From Candidatus Berkiella sp. (GTDB lineage: Bacteria > Pseudomonadota > Gammaproteobacteria > Berkiellales > Berkiellaceae): a stretch of 64,000 bases of DNA. The stretch covers positions 2,261 to 66,260 of the forward strand of contig JBFWLB010000007.1 of NCBI GenBank assembly GCA_050252335.1, in the 5' to 3' direction. This document shows, piece by piece, positions 1 through 9,663 of the stretch; the first letter of the stretch is position 1; every line of letters starts with the position of its first letter. The notes beneath the pieces were generated by a model. That model was not told where the DNA came from. It did no database searches and saw only the letters and a list, made by a program, of their open reading frames with translations. A program made the translations under genes and the position numbers.

Positions 1-1
1 C

Positions 2-1660
2 GTGCAAGAAGCAGAATTAGACTTTAAAAAAGGTATGACTGTTATTACAGGCGAAACAGGTGCCGGTAAAAGTATATTATTAGATGCTTTAAATCTGGTC
101 TTAGGACATCGTGCCGATATTGATCTCATCCAACCCGGACAAGAAAAAGCCGAAGTAACTGCACTCTTTGATGTAAGTCATCTGCCAAGCGCTGTTTTAT
201 GGTTAACAGATTTAGAGCTAAACAGCGAAGAAATGGAAAGCTGTATTTTACGGCGTACTATTTATCAAAATGGTCGCTCACGTGCTTATATCAATGGTAT
301 TCCCACAACGACACAACAATTAAGGCTCTTAGGCGAATATCTCGTCCAAATGCATGGTCAGCATAAACATCAAGTACTACTACAACCACGCGAACAACTC
401 CGTATATTAGATGTGTATGGCAAACATACACAGGAAGTCGAGGCATTAAAAACACTTTATTATAAAGTAGAAAAATTATTACATCACAAACAAAAAATTA
501 CCGCTACAGATGGTTCTGCGGACTATCAAATTGAACTATTACAATATCAAATTGAAGAAATTGATAACCTACAACTACTTCCCAATGAAGTTCAAAAGCT
601 TTATCAAGAACATGATCAGTTAGCGCATGCAGATAATACGCTACAAGCTTGCCAAACAGCGCTTGACTCTCTGGATAATGAAGAATGTGGTAATGCGCTG
701 CAACTTGTTCATCAAGCAAAGCAGTCTCTCAGTAGCCTATTTGATAAATATGAAACACTTAAAAATGTAAAAGAATGTTTAGAGAGTGCTTGTATACAAC
801 TGAATGAAACCGTATCAGAGCTTTCTCATTTCATGGATAATTTAGAAATTAATCCAGAAAAACTCAGTGATATCACGCAAAGACTAGAAAGAATTCACGA
901 CATTGCAAGAAAACATAAGATTGAGCCAGAGCAGCTTTATGCTTACCATGAAACACTAAAAACCAAACTTGCCACCTTGATTGAACAAAATCAATCTATT
1001 GATGAGGTAGATGCTCAAATTGATATATTAACCAAAGAATATCTTAAAATTGCTAAACAGCTCCGCCAAAAACGCAAACAAACTGCAAAAAAACTTGAAA
1101 ATGAAATTACCAAGCATATTCAAACCTTGGCCATGCAAGGTGCAGAATTCAGCGTTTTATGTGAGGCGACACCAGAAGCGAATGGCTTAAGCCCTTCTGG
1201 CTTAGATGAGGTAACCTTTTGTATTTCGGCAAATATTGGACATCCACCCAAGCCCATTCACAAAGTTGCTTCAGGCGGCGAACTATCCAGGATCAGCTTA
1301 GCGCTTGAATTAACAACACTGAAAGACTTACCCTCCCCTACTTTGATCTTTGATGAAGTGGATGTAGGCATTGGCGGTAAAACAGGCGCCATTGTCGGAC
1401 AATGTTTACACACGCTCAGCCATAATCAACAAGTGATCTGTATCACTCATTTACCACAAGTAGCAGCCTTTGGCGATCAACATCTTTATGTATCCAAGAT
1501 GAAAACAAAGCAACAAACCCAAACCACTGTGCATGAATTAACGGAAGATGAACGCGTTGATGAAATTGCCAGAATGCTGGGGGGAATTGATATTGGTGCA
1601 GAAGCACGTGCTCAAGCCAAACATTTACTTAAACAGGAAAAGCAGGCTGTGGGTGTTTGA
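2..1660 (+). CDS. recN: DNA repair protein RecN (5' end truncated by window)
   Basis: Walker A GETGAGKS, long coiled coil, signature ASGGELSR, Walker B LIFDEVD; the recN-fur-bamE-smpB context fits. Confidence 0.97.
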   Translation: MQEAELDFKKGMTVITGETGAGKSILLDALNLVLGHRADIDLIQPGQEKAEVTALFDVSHLPSAVLWLTDLELNSEEMESCILRRTIYQNGRSRAYINGIPTTTQQLRLLGEYLVQMHGQHKHQVLLQPREQLRILDVYGKHTQEVEALKTLYYKVEKLLHHKQKITATDGSADYQIELLQYQIEEIDNLQLLPNEVQKLYQEHDQLAHADNTLQACQTALDSLDNEECGNALQLVHQAKQSLSSLFDKYETLKNVKECLESACIQLNETVSELSHFMDNLEINPEKLSDITQRLERIHDIARKHKIEPEQLYAYHETLKTKLATLIEQNQSIDEVDAQIDILTKEYLKIAKQLRQKRKQTAKKLENEITKHIQTLAMQGAEFSVLCEATPEANGLSPSGLDEVTFCISANIGHPPKPIHKVASGGELSRISLALELTTLKDLPSPTLIFDEVDVGIGGKTGAIVGQCLHTLSHNQQVICITHLPQVAAFGDQHLYVSKMKTKQQTQTTVHELTEDERVDEIARMLGGIDIGAEARAQAKHLLKQEKQAVGV

Positions 1661-1678
1661 TTCATTTTTGTAGACTTT

Positions 1679-1745
1679 AACCCTCAACTGCTCTTCGAGC
1701 ACCCTCTCCCAAAATTGGTAGAGGGAATTCATTCGCTATGCGAAT
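1679..1745. repeat. Short REP-like palindromic element (copy F)
   Basis: Shares an identical 22-bp core cctctcccaaaattggtagagg with 55737-55804 and ends in the palindrome attcgc-tat-gcgaat; lies between convergent recN and fur. Confidence 0.75.
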
Positions 1746-1793
1746 GTGACATAGATGAAGACAACAACACCTAACAATCAAAGAGGAAGCCTG

Positions 1794-2216
1794 CTACTGA
1801 CACTCTTGGCAAGTGCCGTATAAATAGAGGCAATGATCTGTAATTTTAAAAGAAAGCTTTTCTGCTATTTCTTGTTGGCGTTTTTCAATGATATCGTCGA
1901 CAAATTCTTGAACATGACCACATTTAATGCAAACCAGATGATCATGATGCTCACCTTGATCCAATTCAAAAACAGCATGTCCAGTCTCAAAGTGATGTCT
2001 TACCACTAAACCCGCGGCTTCAAATTGTGTAAGCACACGGTATACGGTAGCCAAACCCACATCATCTCCAGATTCTAATAACTGCTTATATACATCTTCA
2101 GCACTGATATGACGCGTAGTAGAATTTTCCAAAATATTTAAGATTTTGATCCGAGGCAAAGTTACTTTTAAACCTGCTTTACGTAATTCGGTATTTTCTA
2201 GTTTGACATCTGTCAT
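1794..2216 (-). CDS. fur: Ferric uptake regulator
   Basis: LRKAGLKVTLPRIKIL, GLATVYRVL, HHDHLVC motifs; start moved to ATG 2216. Confidence 0.97.
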   Translation of the reverse strand: MTDVKLENTELRKAGLKVTLPRIKILNILENSTTRHISAEDVYKQLLESGDDVGLATVYRVLTQFEAAGLVVRHHFETGHAVFELDQGEHHDHLVCIKCGHVQEFVDDIIEKRQQEIAEKLSFKITDHCLYLYGTCQECQ

Positions 2217-2397
2217 ATCGCTAATGCCCTTGCTTAAATATTCGCTAAAAACACAGAGTAAGCTATCACAATTATTTATTAGCTGCAAGATAAGCAGATA
2301 ATGCAAATGTGGAGGATATATAGTAGTTGATTGATGCAGTTCAGCATGTTAGCCTTTGCATGCTTAAAAAATAATTAACTATATACCTAAAAAAACT

Positions 2398-2742
2398 ATG
2401 AAAAAACAATTAATAAAAGCGATTTTCGTTGGATTAACCGTGTTACTTTTAAATAATTGTGCTTTTAAGCCCTATCGCTTTGCAATTCAGCAAGGCAATA
2501 TTATATCTGAAGAGAAAGTTGCTCAACTTCAGCCCGGTATGAATGAAGACCAAGTGCGTTTCATCATGGGAACACCTTTGCTGCAAGATGTATTTCATAA
2601 TCAACGCTGGGATTATGTTTATTATTTAAAGCCTCGACATGGCAACATTGAGCGCAATCATCTTGCTGTTTTCTTTGTGAATGGCAAAGTTGATCATCTT
2701 GTTCACGATCAAGCTAATCCTGTAACGAAGAAAAACGTGTAG
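2398..2742 (+). CDS. bamE: Outer membrane assembly lipoprotein BamE
   Basis: Lipoprotein signal with Cys, IQQGN and GM-x-x-x-QV-x-x-x-MGTP motifs, RWDY; divergent from fur. Confidence 0.93.
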   Translation: MKKQLIKAIFVGLTVLLLNNCAFKPYRFAIQQGNIISEEKVAQLQPGMNEDQVRFIMGTPLLQDVFHNQRWDYVYYLKPRHGNIERNHLAVFFVNGKVDHLVHDQANPVTKKNV

Positions 2743-3067
2743 GTCGTATTTTTTTGTGTCTGACTTTTTGGCGCGCTTTCTTCTGTTGCACTCTTGCTTT
2801 ACGCGCATCGATAGCACTTTGTTTTAAGGGCAAATAAATTTCTACTCTGTCCCCATCTTGTAAAACAGTATCCATTGTCGCTGCTTTACTATAGATACCA
2901 ACGGAAAAGCCACAAGCTTCAAGCAATGCAACGGTAGGAAAGTCTGTAAAGTAAGACAAAATATCTGATAATTCTATCGCTTGGCGTATATTCGCGTTGG
3001 CATCTATCTCTATTGCAATTATTTTTTGTAATTGGGTAGTCGCAGCAGCAACTTCAATCTTAATCAT
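2714..3067 (-). CDS. ratB: RnfH/RatB ubiquitin-like protein
   Basis: VGIYSK...LQDGDRVEIYLPL...DARKAR; downstream of ratA. Confidence 0.88.
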   Translation of the reverse strand: MIKIEVAAATTQLQKIIAIEIDANANIRQAIELSDILSYFTDFPTVALLEACGFSVGIYSKAATMDTVLQDGDRVEIYLPLKQSAIDARKARVQQKKARQKVRHKKIRPTRFSSLQD

Positions 3068-3488
3068 ATAATTTTTTCGCTCTTTTACTAAAAATTTCAA
3101 CCATGCTATAAGCAAGGGCACTAAAGACAGGACCTAACGTCAATTTCAACAATGTGTTCTTCATCTCAAAATCAAGCCTCAAATTAACCTCTGAGCCTTG
3201 AGAACGCTCAGTAAAGACCCATTTACCTCTCAAATACTCAAAAGGCCCATCTAACAAATGCATTTCTATTTGCGTATCTACAATTAAATGATTTCTCGTT
3301 GAAAAGCTAAACTGCAAAGGCCCTTTTTGAATAAATAAGGTAGCGCAAAGCTCATGCTCTGTCTTAGATAAAACCTTTGCGTCAACACACATAGGCAAAA
3401 ACTCAGGATAACGTTCAACGTCATTCACGAGCGCATACATGTCAGCCGCACGGTAAGGTAATATTTGTTGTTGTGTAATGATAGGCAT
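3060..3488 (-). CDS. ratA: RatA (Coq10/START-domain) ribosome association toxin
   Basis: MYALVNDVERYPEFLP, GPFEYLRGKW; divergent from smpB. Confidence 0.92.
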   Translation of the reverse strand: MPIITQQQILPYRAADMYALVNDVERYPEFLPMCVDAKVLSKTEHELCATLFIQKGPLQFSFSTRNHLIVDTQIEMHLLDGPFEYLRGKWVFTERSQGSEVNLRLDFEMKNTLLKLTLGPVFSALAYSMVEIFSKRAKKLYD

Positions 3489-3654
3489 AGGATTGAAAAT
3501 GTAAACTATTGTGTTTTTTGCAGAGAATGAGCTTTATCTTCTTTACGAGAAGCTCAACGCTTAGCCTTATTGTACTATTTTCTTTGATTGTTATATAGTT
3601 TAAAATCGCTTAAAGATTTAATTTAGTTCAACGGCTTAATCCGGCAGATACATT

Positions 3655-4122
3655 ATGAAAAAGAAAAAAACTGAAGAAAACAATCAAATTGCCGTAAACC
3701 GCAAAGCAAAATTTGAATATAGTTTTGAAGACACCTTAGAAGCCGGTATTGCGCTCGCAGGCTGGGAGGTCAAAAGCCTTCGCGCAGGAAAAGGCAATAT
3801 TGCGGATAGCTATGTTATTTTAAAAAATAATGAAGCATGGCTCCTAGGCTCTCAAATTGTCCCATTAAATAGTGCATCAACCCACGTCACAGCTGAGTCA
3901 CAACGTACACGAAAACTGCTCTTAAATAAACGCGAAATAAGAAAGCTGATCGGCGCAAAAGAAAGAGACGGGTATACCATCGTCCCATTGAAAATGTACT
4001 GGAAAAATAGCTTTGTCAAAGTACTCATCGCAGTTGCGAAGGGTAAAAAGTTGCATGACAAGCGTGAAACCATCAAAGAACGCGATTGGCAACGCAGTCG
4101 TCAACGCATCTTAAAGAAATAA
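3655..4122 (+). CDS. smpB: SsrA-binding protein SmpB
   Basis: [48 protein letters not shown]. Confidence 0.98.
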   Translation: MKKKKTEENNQIAVNRKAKFEYSFEDTLEAGIALAGWEVKSLRAGKGNIADSYVILKNNEAWLLGSQIVPLNSASTHVTAESQRTRKLLLNKREIRKLIGAKERDGYTIVPLKMYWKNSFVKVLIAVAKGKKLHDKRETIKERDWQRSRQRILKK

Positions 4123-4123
4123 T

Positions 4124-5224
4124 CTATATCTTAATTTTGATTTTTTCTTGCGGCATAGCACTTAAAAGCACTCGAATCTCTGCAATAGCGTCAGATAAAC
4201 TAGGTCTATCTTTAGGATCTAGCGCCACCATCCTTCGAACCATTTCACACCAAGGGGTATCAGACTGCAATCTCAATTTTTCTAAAATTTCCTGATAATG
4301 TTGCTGATATGCTTGCTTATAATCAACAAATTTTTTATCTCGATATGCATCAAATACATCTTTAGTTAATAATTCATATAATAACATGCCTGCGGCAAAC
4401 ACCTCTGTTTGTTGCGTAAAACTACAAAAAACTGATGTCTCATCCTGTAAAAATAATTCAGGTGCAATATGTGTACCTCTGATTTGTCCTTGTGCTGGCT
4501 TCTCCATATTATTTTTGAGTGCGCATCCAAAATCAATGATATGTACGGATGAAAGCGTTTCCTCTCTTTTAGGTGAATATAAAATATTCCAGAGATTTAA
4601 GTCTCCATGATAGTAACCAAGGCTATGTAAATTTTGTAATGCTTCTAAAACTTGCAACCCAACTTCAAGGCTTTCTGTGTACGAAGAAAGCATATGATTT
4701 TGCTCATAGAGATTTTGTGCATCCACATAGTCAATAAACAAGTAACGCTTACGCATAGCTTGTGCGTTTGTTCGATATAAAGAACCATGAAATCTGCCCA
4801 AAGCTTTATTGACTTGCTCTTCAAGCATAAGCTGCTCTTGTACTGTATTCTCAATCCGAGTTCGTGCTTTTTCTAGCTTTAACTGAATTTCTGCCTCTTC
4901 TCTCTTTTGCGAAATCAATTTTGAATAATATAACGCTTGGCAATACGCAACTGTATCGTCAATACGCTCTATTTTTACAACCACTGTCTGCTGCGAGTGC
5001 AGATCAAGTGCTTTTTTTACCACGCCATAAGCGCCAGCCCCTAAACGTTTCAGCAATGCAAAATAACGCTCATTATTTGCAATGACAATTGAATGCTCCA
5101 TTGCAGCTGTTGTATCAACATGATTCATACTATCTGCACGCTCAACGACAGGAGAGGCTCGATAACGATGAATTTTTAAGATATCCGGGTAACTATTTTT
5201 AATTTTACGCGCAAACTCGAGCAT
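4124..5224 (-). CDS. Eukaryote-like (Hanks) Ser/Thr protein kinase, candidate effector
   Basis: Gly loop LGAGAYGVV, VVVK, HGDLNLWN, IDFG, GTHIAPE, DPKDRPS. Confidence 0.88.
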   Translation of the reverse strand: MLEFARKIKNSYPDILKIHRYRASPVVERADSMNHVDTTAAMEHSIVIANNERYFALLKRLGAGAYGVVKKALDLHSQQTVVVKIERIDDTVAYCQALYYSKLISQKREEAEIQLKLEKARTRIENTVQEQLMLEEQVNKALGRFHGSLYRTNAQAMRKRYLFIDYVDAQNLYEQNHMLSSYTESLEVGLQVLEALQNLHSLGYYHGDLNLWNILYSPKREETLSSVHIIDFGCALKNNMEKPAQGQIRGTHIAPELFLQDETSVFCSFTQQTEVFAAGMLLYELLTKDVFDAYRDKKFVDYKQAYQQHYQEILEKLRLQSDTPWCEMVRRMVALDPKDRPSLSDAIAEIRVLLSAMPQEKIKIKI

Positions 5225-5412
5225 ATATTTTTTACAAACCTATCCAGTGTTTAAATAAATTGTATTTTAATTCAAGAATGGCGGGCAAGTTTTCATCATA
5301 ATCAATACAAAGTTAAACAAGCATAGAAAATTAGATGACTGACATCATTAAGATCCCTTAGAGTATAATAAAAATTAGAAGCTGTATTAATATAATCTAC
5401 AAGGAAAAATCC

Positions 5413-6513
5413 ATGCTAAACGGCACAAATATTTCTAAAGATGCAGAAGAAACAAAGCCAAATGATGATACAAACCCTTATGCCATCGTGCCATATGTAG
5501 CTCAACCATCCATAGCACCTACAATACTTGATGCTGAAGCGGATGCTTCCTTTTTTGCCAAATTTCAATATGGATTCACTTTCTACGCTGTGTCTGTTCT
5601 TCCACGTATGTTACCTATTTTGAAAAATAATCGACCTTGGTGGTCTAATATCATTCCAGGTCTTAAGCTTGGCGCAATTCCCATTGCAGACTGGGAACAT
5701 GGCTCTTTATTATTGGAAGAATCATTCTTAGAAAATAGAAAGCTTGGCTTGATTGTTTCTTGTTGCGGAGATTTTGAATTAAAAGGCAATGGGCTAATCA
5801 CACTCACACCCGTATCACCCCACTTTTGGGTAGAGAAAAATGTCACACATTTACAAGTTAAAATGCGTGACTTTGGTGGCGATGTACCATTAGATCAAAT
5901 TCGTATTGCAGTAGAACAAATGCATCAATACATCCAAAGTGGAAAAACCGCTTATGTGCATTGCAAAGCGGGAAGAGGTCGCAGTGTCGTTATGGTGATT
6001 TGCTATCTCATGCAATTCCTGGATTACACACCTGATGAAGCAATCGCCTTTGTACGAGAGAAACGTCCTGAGATCTCTTTGTCAAAAGCACAATATGATT
6101 TTATTGAACAATACAGAGCAGAATATAGATCTGACCTCACACCACTTTATTCAAAAGCTACGCAACAAGACATGATGCTTCGTCCTTTGCATACATCTCC
6201 TTCTTTTGTAAATGCACCTTCTTGGATCGCAAGCACGCTTTGGTATATTGTGACGCTCTTTAATCGCAAGACCATTGACCAACATTGCCGAACCTTGGAA
6301 ACCTATTTAATCCAAGATTTTAGCGCGCTATTAAGAAATTTAAATGCAGGCCAAATACGAACTTTGCATGCAAGTCTGACCGGACAAAGGCCTTATACAC
6401 AAGATCTCGTTTGGTATTACCCCATTTATGCAGCAGGACAAGCAGCCAGAAACAACAACGCGCCACAGATCGAAGAGCTTACTTTAGAATTAGATAAGAA
6501 ATTAAAACTATAA
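5413..6513 (+). CDS. Dual-specificity/PTPMT1-like phosphatase with C-terminal extension
   Basis: CX5R motif HCKAGRGRS; WWSNIIPGLKLGAIP resembles the PTPMT1 N-terminal region; DFGG acid loop. Confidence 0.85.
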   Translation: MLNGTNISKDAEETKPNDDTNPYAIVPYVAQPSIAPTILDAEADASFFAKFQYGFTFYAVSVLPRMLPILKNNRPWWSNIIPGLKLGAIPIADWEHGSLLLEESFLENRKLGLIVSCCGDFELKGNGLITLTPVSPHFWVEKNVTHLQVKMRDFGGDVPLDQIRIAVEQMHQYIQSGKTAYVHCKAGRGRSVVMVICYLMQFLDYTPDEAIAFVREKRPEISLSKAQYDFIEQYRAEYRSDLTPLYSKATQQDMMLRPLHTSPSFVNAPSWIASTLWYIVTLFNRKTIDQHCRTLETYLIQDFSALLRNLNAGQIRTLHASLTGQRPYTQDLVWYYPIYAAGQAARNNNAPQIEELTLELDKKLKL

Positions 6514-6607
6514 AATATTTTTCAATAGATGCTTTACTTTTCTTAACAGTATGTCTAGAATTTTCAAACGATAGCCATCGTCACTTCAGTTAAGTGACAA
6601 TGGCTTA

Positions 6608-6700
6608 AACTCTCGGGGTGCACTGTTGTGCTGAGATAATCAATTTATTTGATTGGACCCGCTGAACCTGCTCTGAATAATATCTGCGGAGGGAAGAGAA
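6608..6700 (+). ncRNA. TPP riboswitch aptamer
   Basis: ctcggggtgc...gctgaga...accc-gctgaacctg...ataat...gcggaggga matches the THI-box; upstream of thiamine genes. Confidence 0.92.
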
Positions 6701-6836
6701 ATGTTTGACTATACTCTATTTTTATCAATATCACTTATTCAATACTTACCTTATTTATTTCACATCCCCGATCGTTGATCACACCTTTATTATTTTGAAA
6801 TTTTCAGGCAATTAGTACATTGTAACATTATTTTTT

Positions 6837-6992
6837 ATGAGCGAAGCGAATAAGATCCCTCTTTGTAAAGGGGGACGGTGCGTAGCACCAGGGGGATTTA
6901 TGCCACAAATGAAAGTCAAAACAGCTAAATCTCTCTTGCGCTACGCGCTTTCTCCCTTTACAAAAGTGAGAAACCTAATTCGCTGTGCGAAT
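6837..6992. repeat. Long REP/MITE-like element (copy A)
   Basis: Ends atgagcgaagcgaat / attcgctgtgcgaat; inverted arms ctttgtaaaggggga / tctccctttacaaaag; homologous to 39517-39665 and 48057-48231. Confidence 0.8.
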
Positions 6993-7118
6993 TGAAAATT
7001 CTACTAAAAACTAAGGTTACAATACACTGCGTTTTCTTTCGTTTTTATTTTGCCTTGCATTTCAAAATATTATTTTTTTTTTCATTAGAAATTTTCTTAA
7101 AAATAATAAGAGGTGCTT

Positions 7119-8009
7119 ATGCACGTCCCTTTTTTACTCAATTGGTATCTAAATCCTTATCATACGCCTTTAGTGGTTGCTAAAGAGATGGGATTTTTCG
7201 AACAATATGACATTGATCTTGCCATTATAGAGCCAACCAATCCCAGCGATGTCACAAAAATCATTGGAACGGGCGCTATTAAATTAGGCTTAAAAGCCAT
7301 GGTGCATTGTTTCGCAGCACGCGCACGCGGTTATGCAATTCAATCTATCGCTACTCTACTAGATGAGCCTCCTACAGGACTCATTTCTTCTTTAGAAAAA
7401 CCGATAAAACACATCGCAGATATTCAAAATAAACGCATTGGTTATGTGGGTGAGTTTGGAAAAATAATGATTGATAATCTTGTGCAAGAAGCAGGTTTTC
7501 CAGCTAATTGCTATGAGGCCATACGCGTTGGTATGGATGCAGCACACGCTATTTTAACAGGTCACGTTGATGCTGCGATTGGTATTGCTAGCTTTCAACA
7601 AATAGAGCTTGAAGAAGCGGGTATGCCTTCTTATTTAATGCGTATTGATGAAATGGCTCAATTAGGATGTTGCTGTTTTTGCTCTATTCAAATCATCGCA
7701 CATGATTCATTTTCTCAAGACAACCATCCAATGATGCATTGCTTTTTACAAGCATTACAACAAGGTTTGCAAATAACAAAAAAAGACCCCGCGCAAGCAT
7801 GGAAATGTTTAATAAAAACGAAACCTAGATTGGATACGCCTATCTATCAGAAAATCTTTCAAGCAACACGCCATTATTTCTCTTCAGATTTAAAAAATGT
7901 TGATAGAGATTGGCAAAAAGTAAGAGATTATGCACAACGACTCAAGATCACTGAGTCTCAACTCCCACTCTCAGCGTGCTATACCAACCGTTTCTTCTCT
8001 CCCATTTAA
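7119..8009 (+). CDS. thi5: THI5/NMT1-type HMP-phosphate synthase
   Basis: FLLNW start, GLKAMVH (PLP Lys and His of THI5), [14 protein letters not shown] motif; under TPP riboswitch. Confidence 0.92.
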   Translation: MHVPFLLNWYLNPYHTPLVVAKEMGFFEQYDIDLAIIEPTNPSDVTKIIGTGAIKLGLKAMVHCFAARARGYAIQSIATLLDEPPTGLISSLEKPIKHIADIQNKRIGYVGEFGKIMIDNLVQEAGFPANCYEAIRVGMDAAHAILTGHVDAAIGIASFQQIELEEAGMPSYLMRIDEMAQLGCCCFCSIQIIAHDSFSQDNHPMMHCFLQALQQGLQITKKDPAQAWKCLIKTKPRLDTPIYQKIFQATRHYFSSDLKNVDRDWQKVRDYAQRLKITESQLPLSACYTNRFFSPI

Positions 8010-8031
8010 TCATTGCAGTACAAGGAAACAA

Positions 8032-8829
8032 ATGATGTTTACACAGATTGATGAAAAAGAAATTACACGTGCTATCATCCGTGAATACCATGATCAACTA
8101 GACTCAGCGGTTGAATCAGATGTAATTATCGCTGGCGCAGGCCCTTCTGGACTCGTTGCAGGTCGATATCTGGCACAACGTGGCTATAAGGTAACTATCA
8201 TAGAAAGAAACAATTATCTAGGTGGTGGCATGTGGATCGGTGGCTACTTAATGAATAAAGTCACTTTGCGCGCACCTGCTCAAGCGATTTTAGATGAGTT
8301 GAATATTGCCTATAAAGAATATAAGCCTGGACTTTTTGTTGCAGACTCAGCTTTTTTTGCATCTGGTTTAATACGAGGTGCTTGTGAAGCGGGTGTTACA
8401 TTTTTAAATATGACCATTGTTGAAGATGTTGTGGTTAAAAATAAAGTATTAACTGGCTTGGTGATTAACCCTATGCCTGTCACACAGTTGCCCAGAATGA
8501 TCACTTGCTTAGATCCCATCATCATTGAATCTAAACTCGTCATCGACGCAACAGGACATGATGCAATTATTTGTAGATTGCTCGGTAAAAGACAAATGCT
8601 GGAATCTAAAGGGATGGGACCTTTATGGGTGGAAGCCTCTGAAAAAGAAATTGTAGCGCGCACAGGAGAGGTATTTCCCAACCTAATCATTTCCGGGATG
8701 GCTGTATCAGAAAAATGTGGCCTACCACGCATGGGACCTACATTTGGTGGTATGTTGCTTTCTGGTAAACGCGCGGGAGAAATTGCTTGTGCGGCACTAG
8801 AAGCCAAACAACGAGAAAAAACTGAGTAG
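8032..8829 (+). CDS. thi4: THI4-type thiazole synthase (Cys-type)
   Basis: [45 protein letters not shown]; RBS aaggaa before ATG 8032. Confidence 0.92.
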   Translation: MMFTQIDEKEITRAIIREYHDQLDSAVESDVIIAGAGPSGLVAGRYLAQRGYKVTIIERNNYLGGGMWIGGYLMNKVTLRAPAQAILDELNIAYKEYKPGLFVADSAFFASGLIRGACEAGVTFLNMTIVEDVVVKNKVLTGLVINPMPVTQLPRMITCLDPIIIESKLVIDATGHDAIICRLLGKRQMLESKGMGPLWVEASEKEIVARTGEVFPNLIISGMAVSEKCGLPRMGPTFGGMLLSGKRAGEIACAALEAKQREKTE

Positions 8830-8902
8830 GATATCTATACAAGTTAGACAAAATGTACCTGCTTTGCATACTTATACGCAAAGCAGGTACACAAGTAATT
8901 AT

Positions 8903-9004
8903 TTACTTGCCTTCTTTCTTTTCTTTTTTAGCTTGACGCTTTTCTTTCAAGGTTTTTGTTGGTTTCTTTTTTTCTTCTTTTTTCTTATCTTGACCTTTTG
9001 CCAT
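8903..9004 (-). CDS. 33-aa lysine-rich small protein (not in ORF track)
   Basis: Hand-translated MAKGQDKKKEEKKKPTKTLKEKRQAKKEKKEGK*; strong SD GAGGAG upstream of ATG. Confidence 0.75.
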   Translation of the reverse strand: MAKGQDKKKEEKKKPTKTLKEKRQAKKEKKEGK

Positions 9005-9122
9005 AATAAGCTCCTCATTAAATCATTTATAACGAAACTAATCTTGATATTTTAACCATTATAAAATAATTTATCTAGCCATACAGGATTTCATGTTTAG
9101 TTGTTAAACTAAAGGTAGCATT

Positions 9123-9548
9123 ATGCCCTATCAAATTTCCTTTGAATCTACCCCTTCTCAGCAAGATATCCAAGTACTCTGTGACGGTATTTCTGCACAT
9201 GCCAAGAAAATGAAAGATCTGAAGGTCATCGATTTTTTTGCATTTTTTATTCGTGATGCCCAAGGAAAAATTCAAGGGGGCTGCAATGGCGATAATTTAT
9301 ATGGCTGCTTATACGTTGGACAACCTTGGGTTGCAGAATCCTTACGCGGACAAGGCTATGGCACAAAACTAATGCACGCAGCTGAACAATATGCAAAAGA
9401 GCAGAATTGTAATTTCATGGCTGTAAACACTATGGATTGGGAAGCGCTCGAATTTTATCAAAAACTCGGCTTTGAGATTGAATTTGAACGACATGGCTTT
9501 GCAAAAAACTCAATTTTCTACTTTTTGAGAAAAAATCTTGTTATCTAA
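9123..9548 (+). CDS. GNAT family N-acetyltransferase
   Basis: WVAESLRGQGYGTKLM acetyl-CoA motif, ALEFYQKLGF. Confidence 0.9.
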   Translation: MPYQISFESTPSQQDIQVLCDGISAHAKKMKDLKVIDFFAFFIRDAQGKIQGGCNGDNLYGCLYVGQPWVAESLRGQGYGTKLMHAAEQYAKEQNCNFMAVNTMDWEALEFYQKLGFEIEFERHGFAKNSIFYFLRKNLVI

Positions 9549-9663
9549 AAAGTCTGTATCACTATACCAAGGCTTCAATATAGAATCGTTCATAATAACC
9601 AACATGTTTACAGCTATAATACAAACAGGTTAGAAATAAGATAATTTAAAAAAGCTGGATAGC

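Noticed and set aside
5345-5370. PmrA-type effector regulatory box upstream of the phosphatase
   Set aside because: TTAA-N6-TTAG matches only partly, and such strings are frequent in AT-rich DNA
8864-9055. 63-aa Phe-rich ORF on the + strand
   Set aside because: Antisense shadow of the Lys-rich microprotein at 8903-9004
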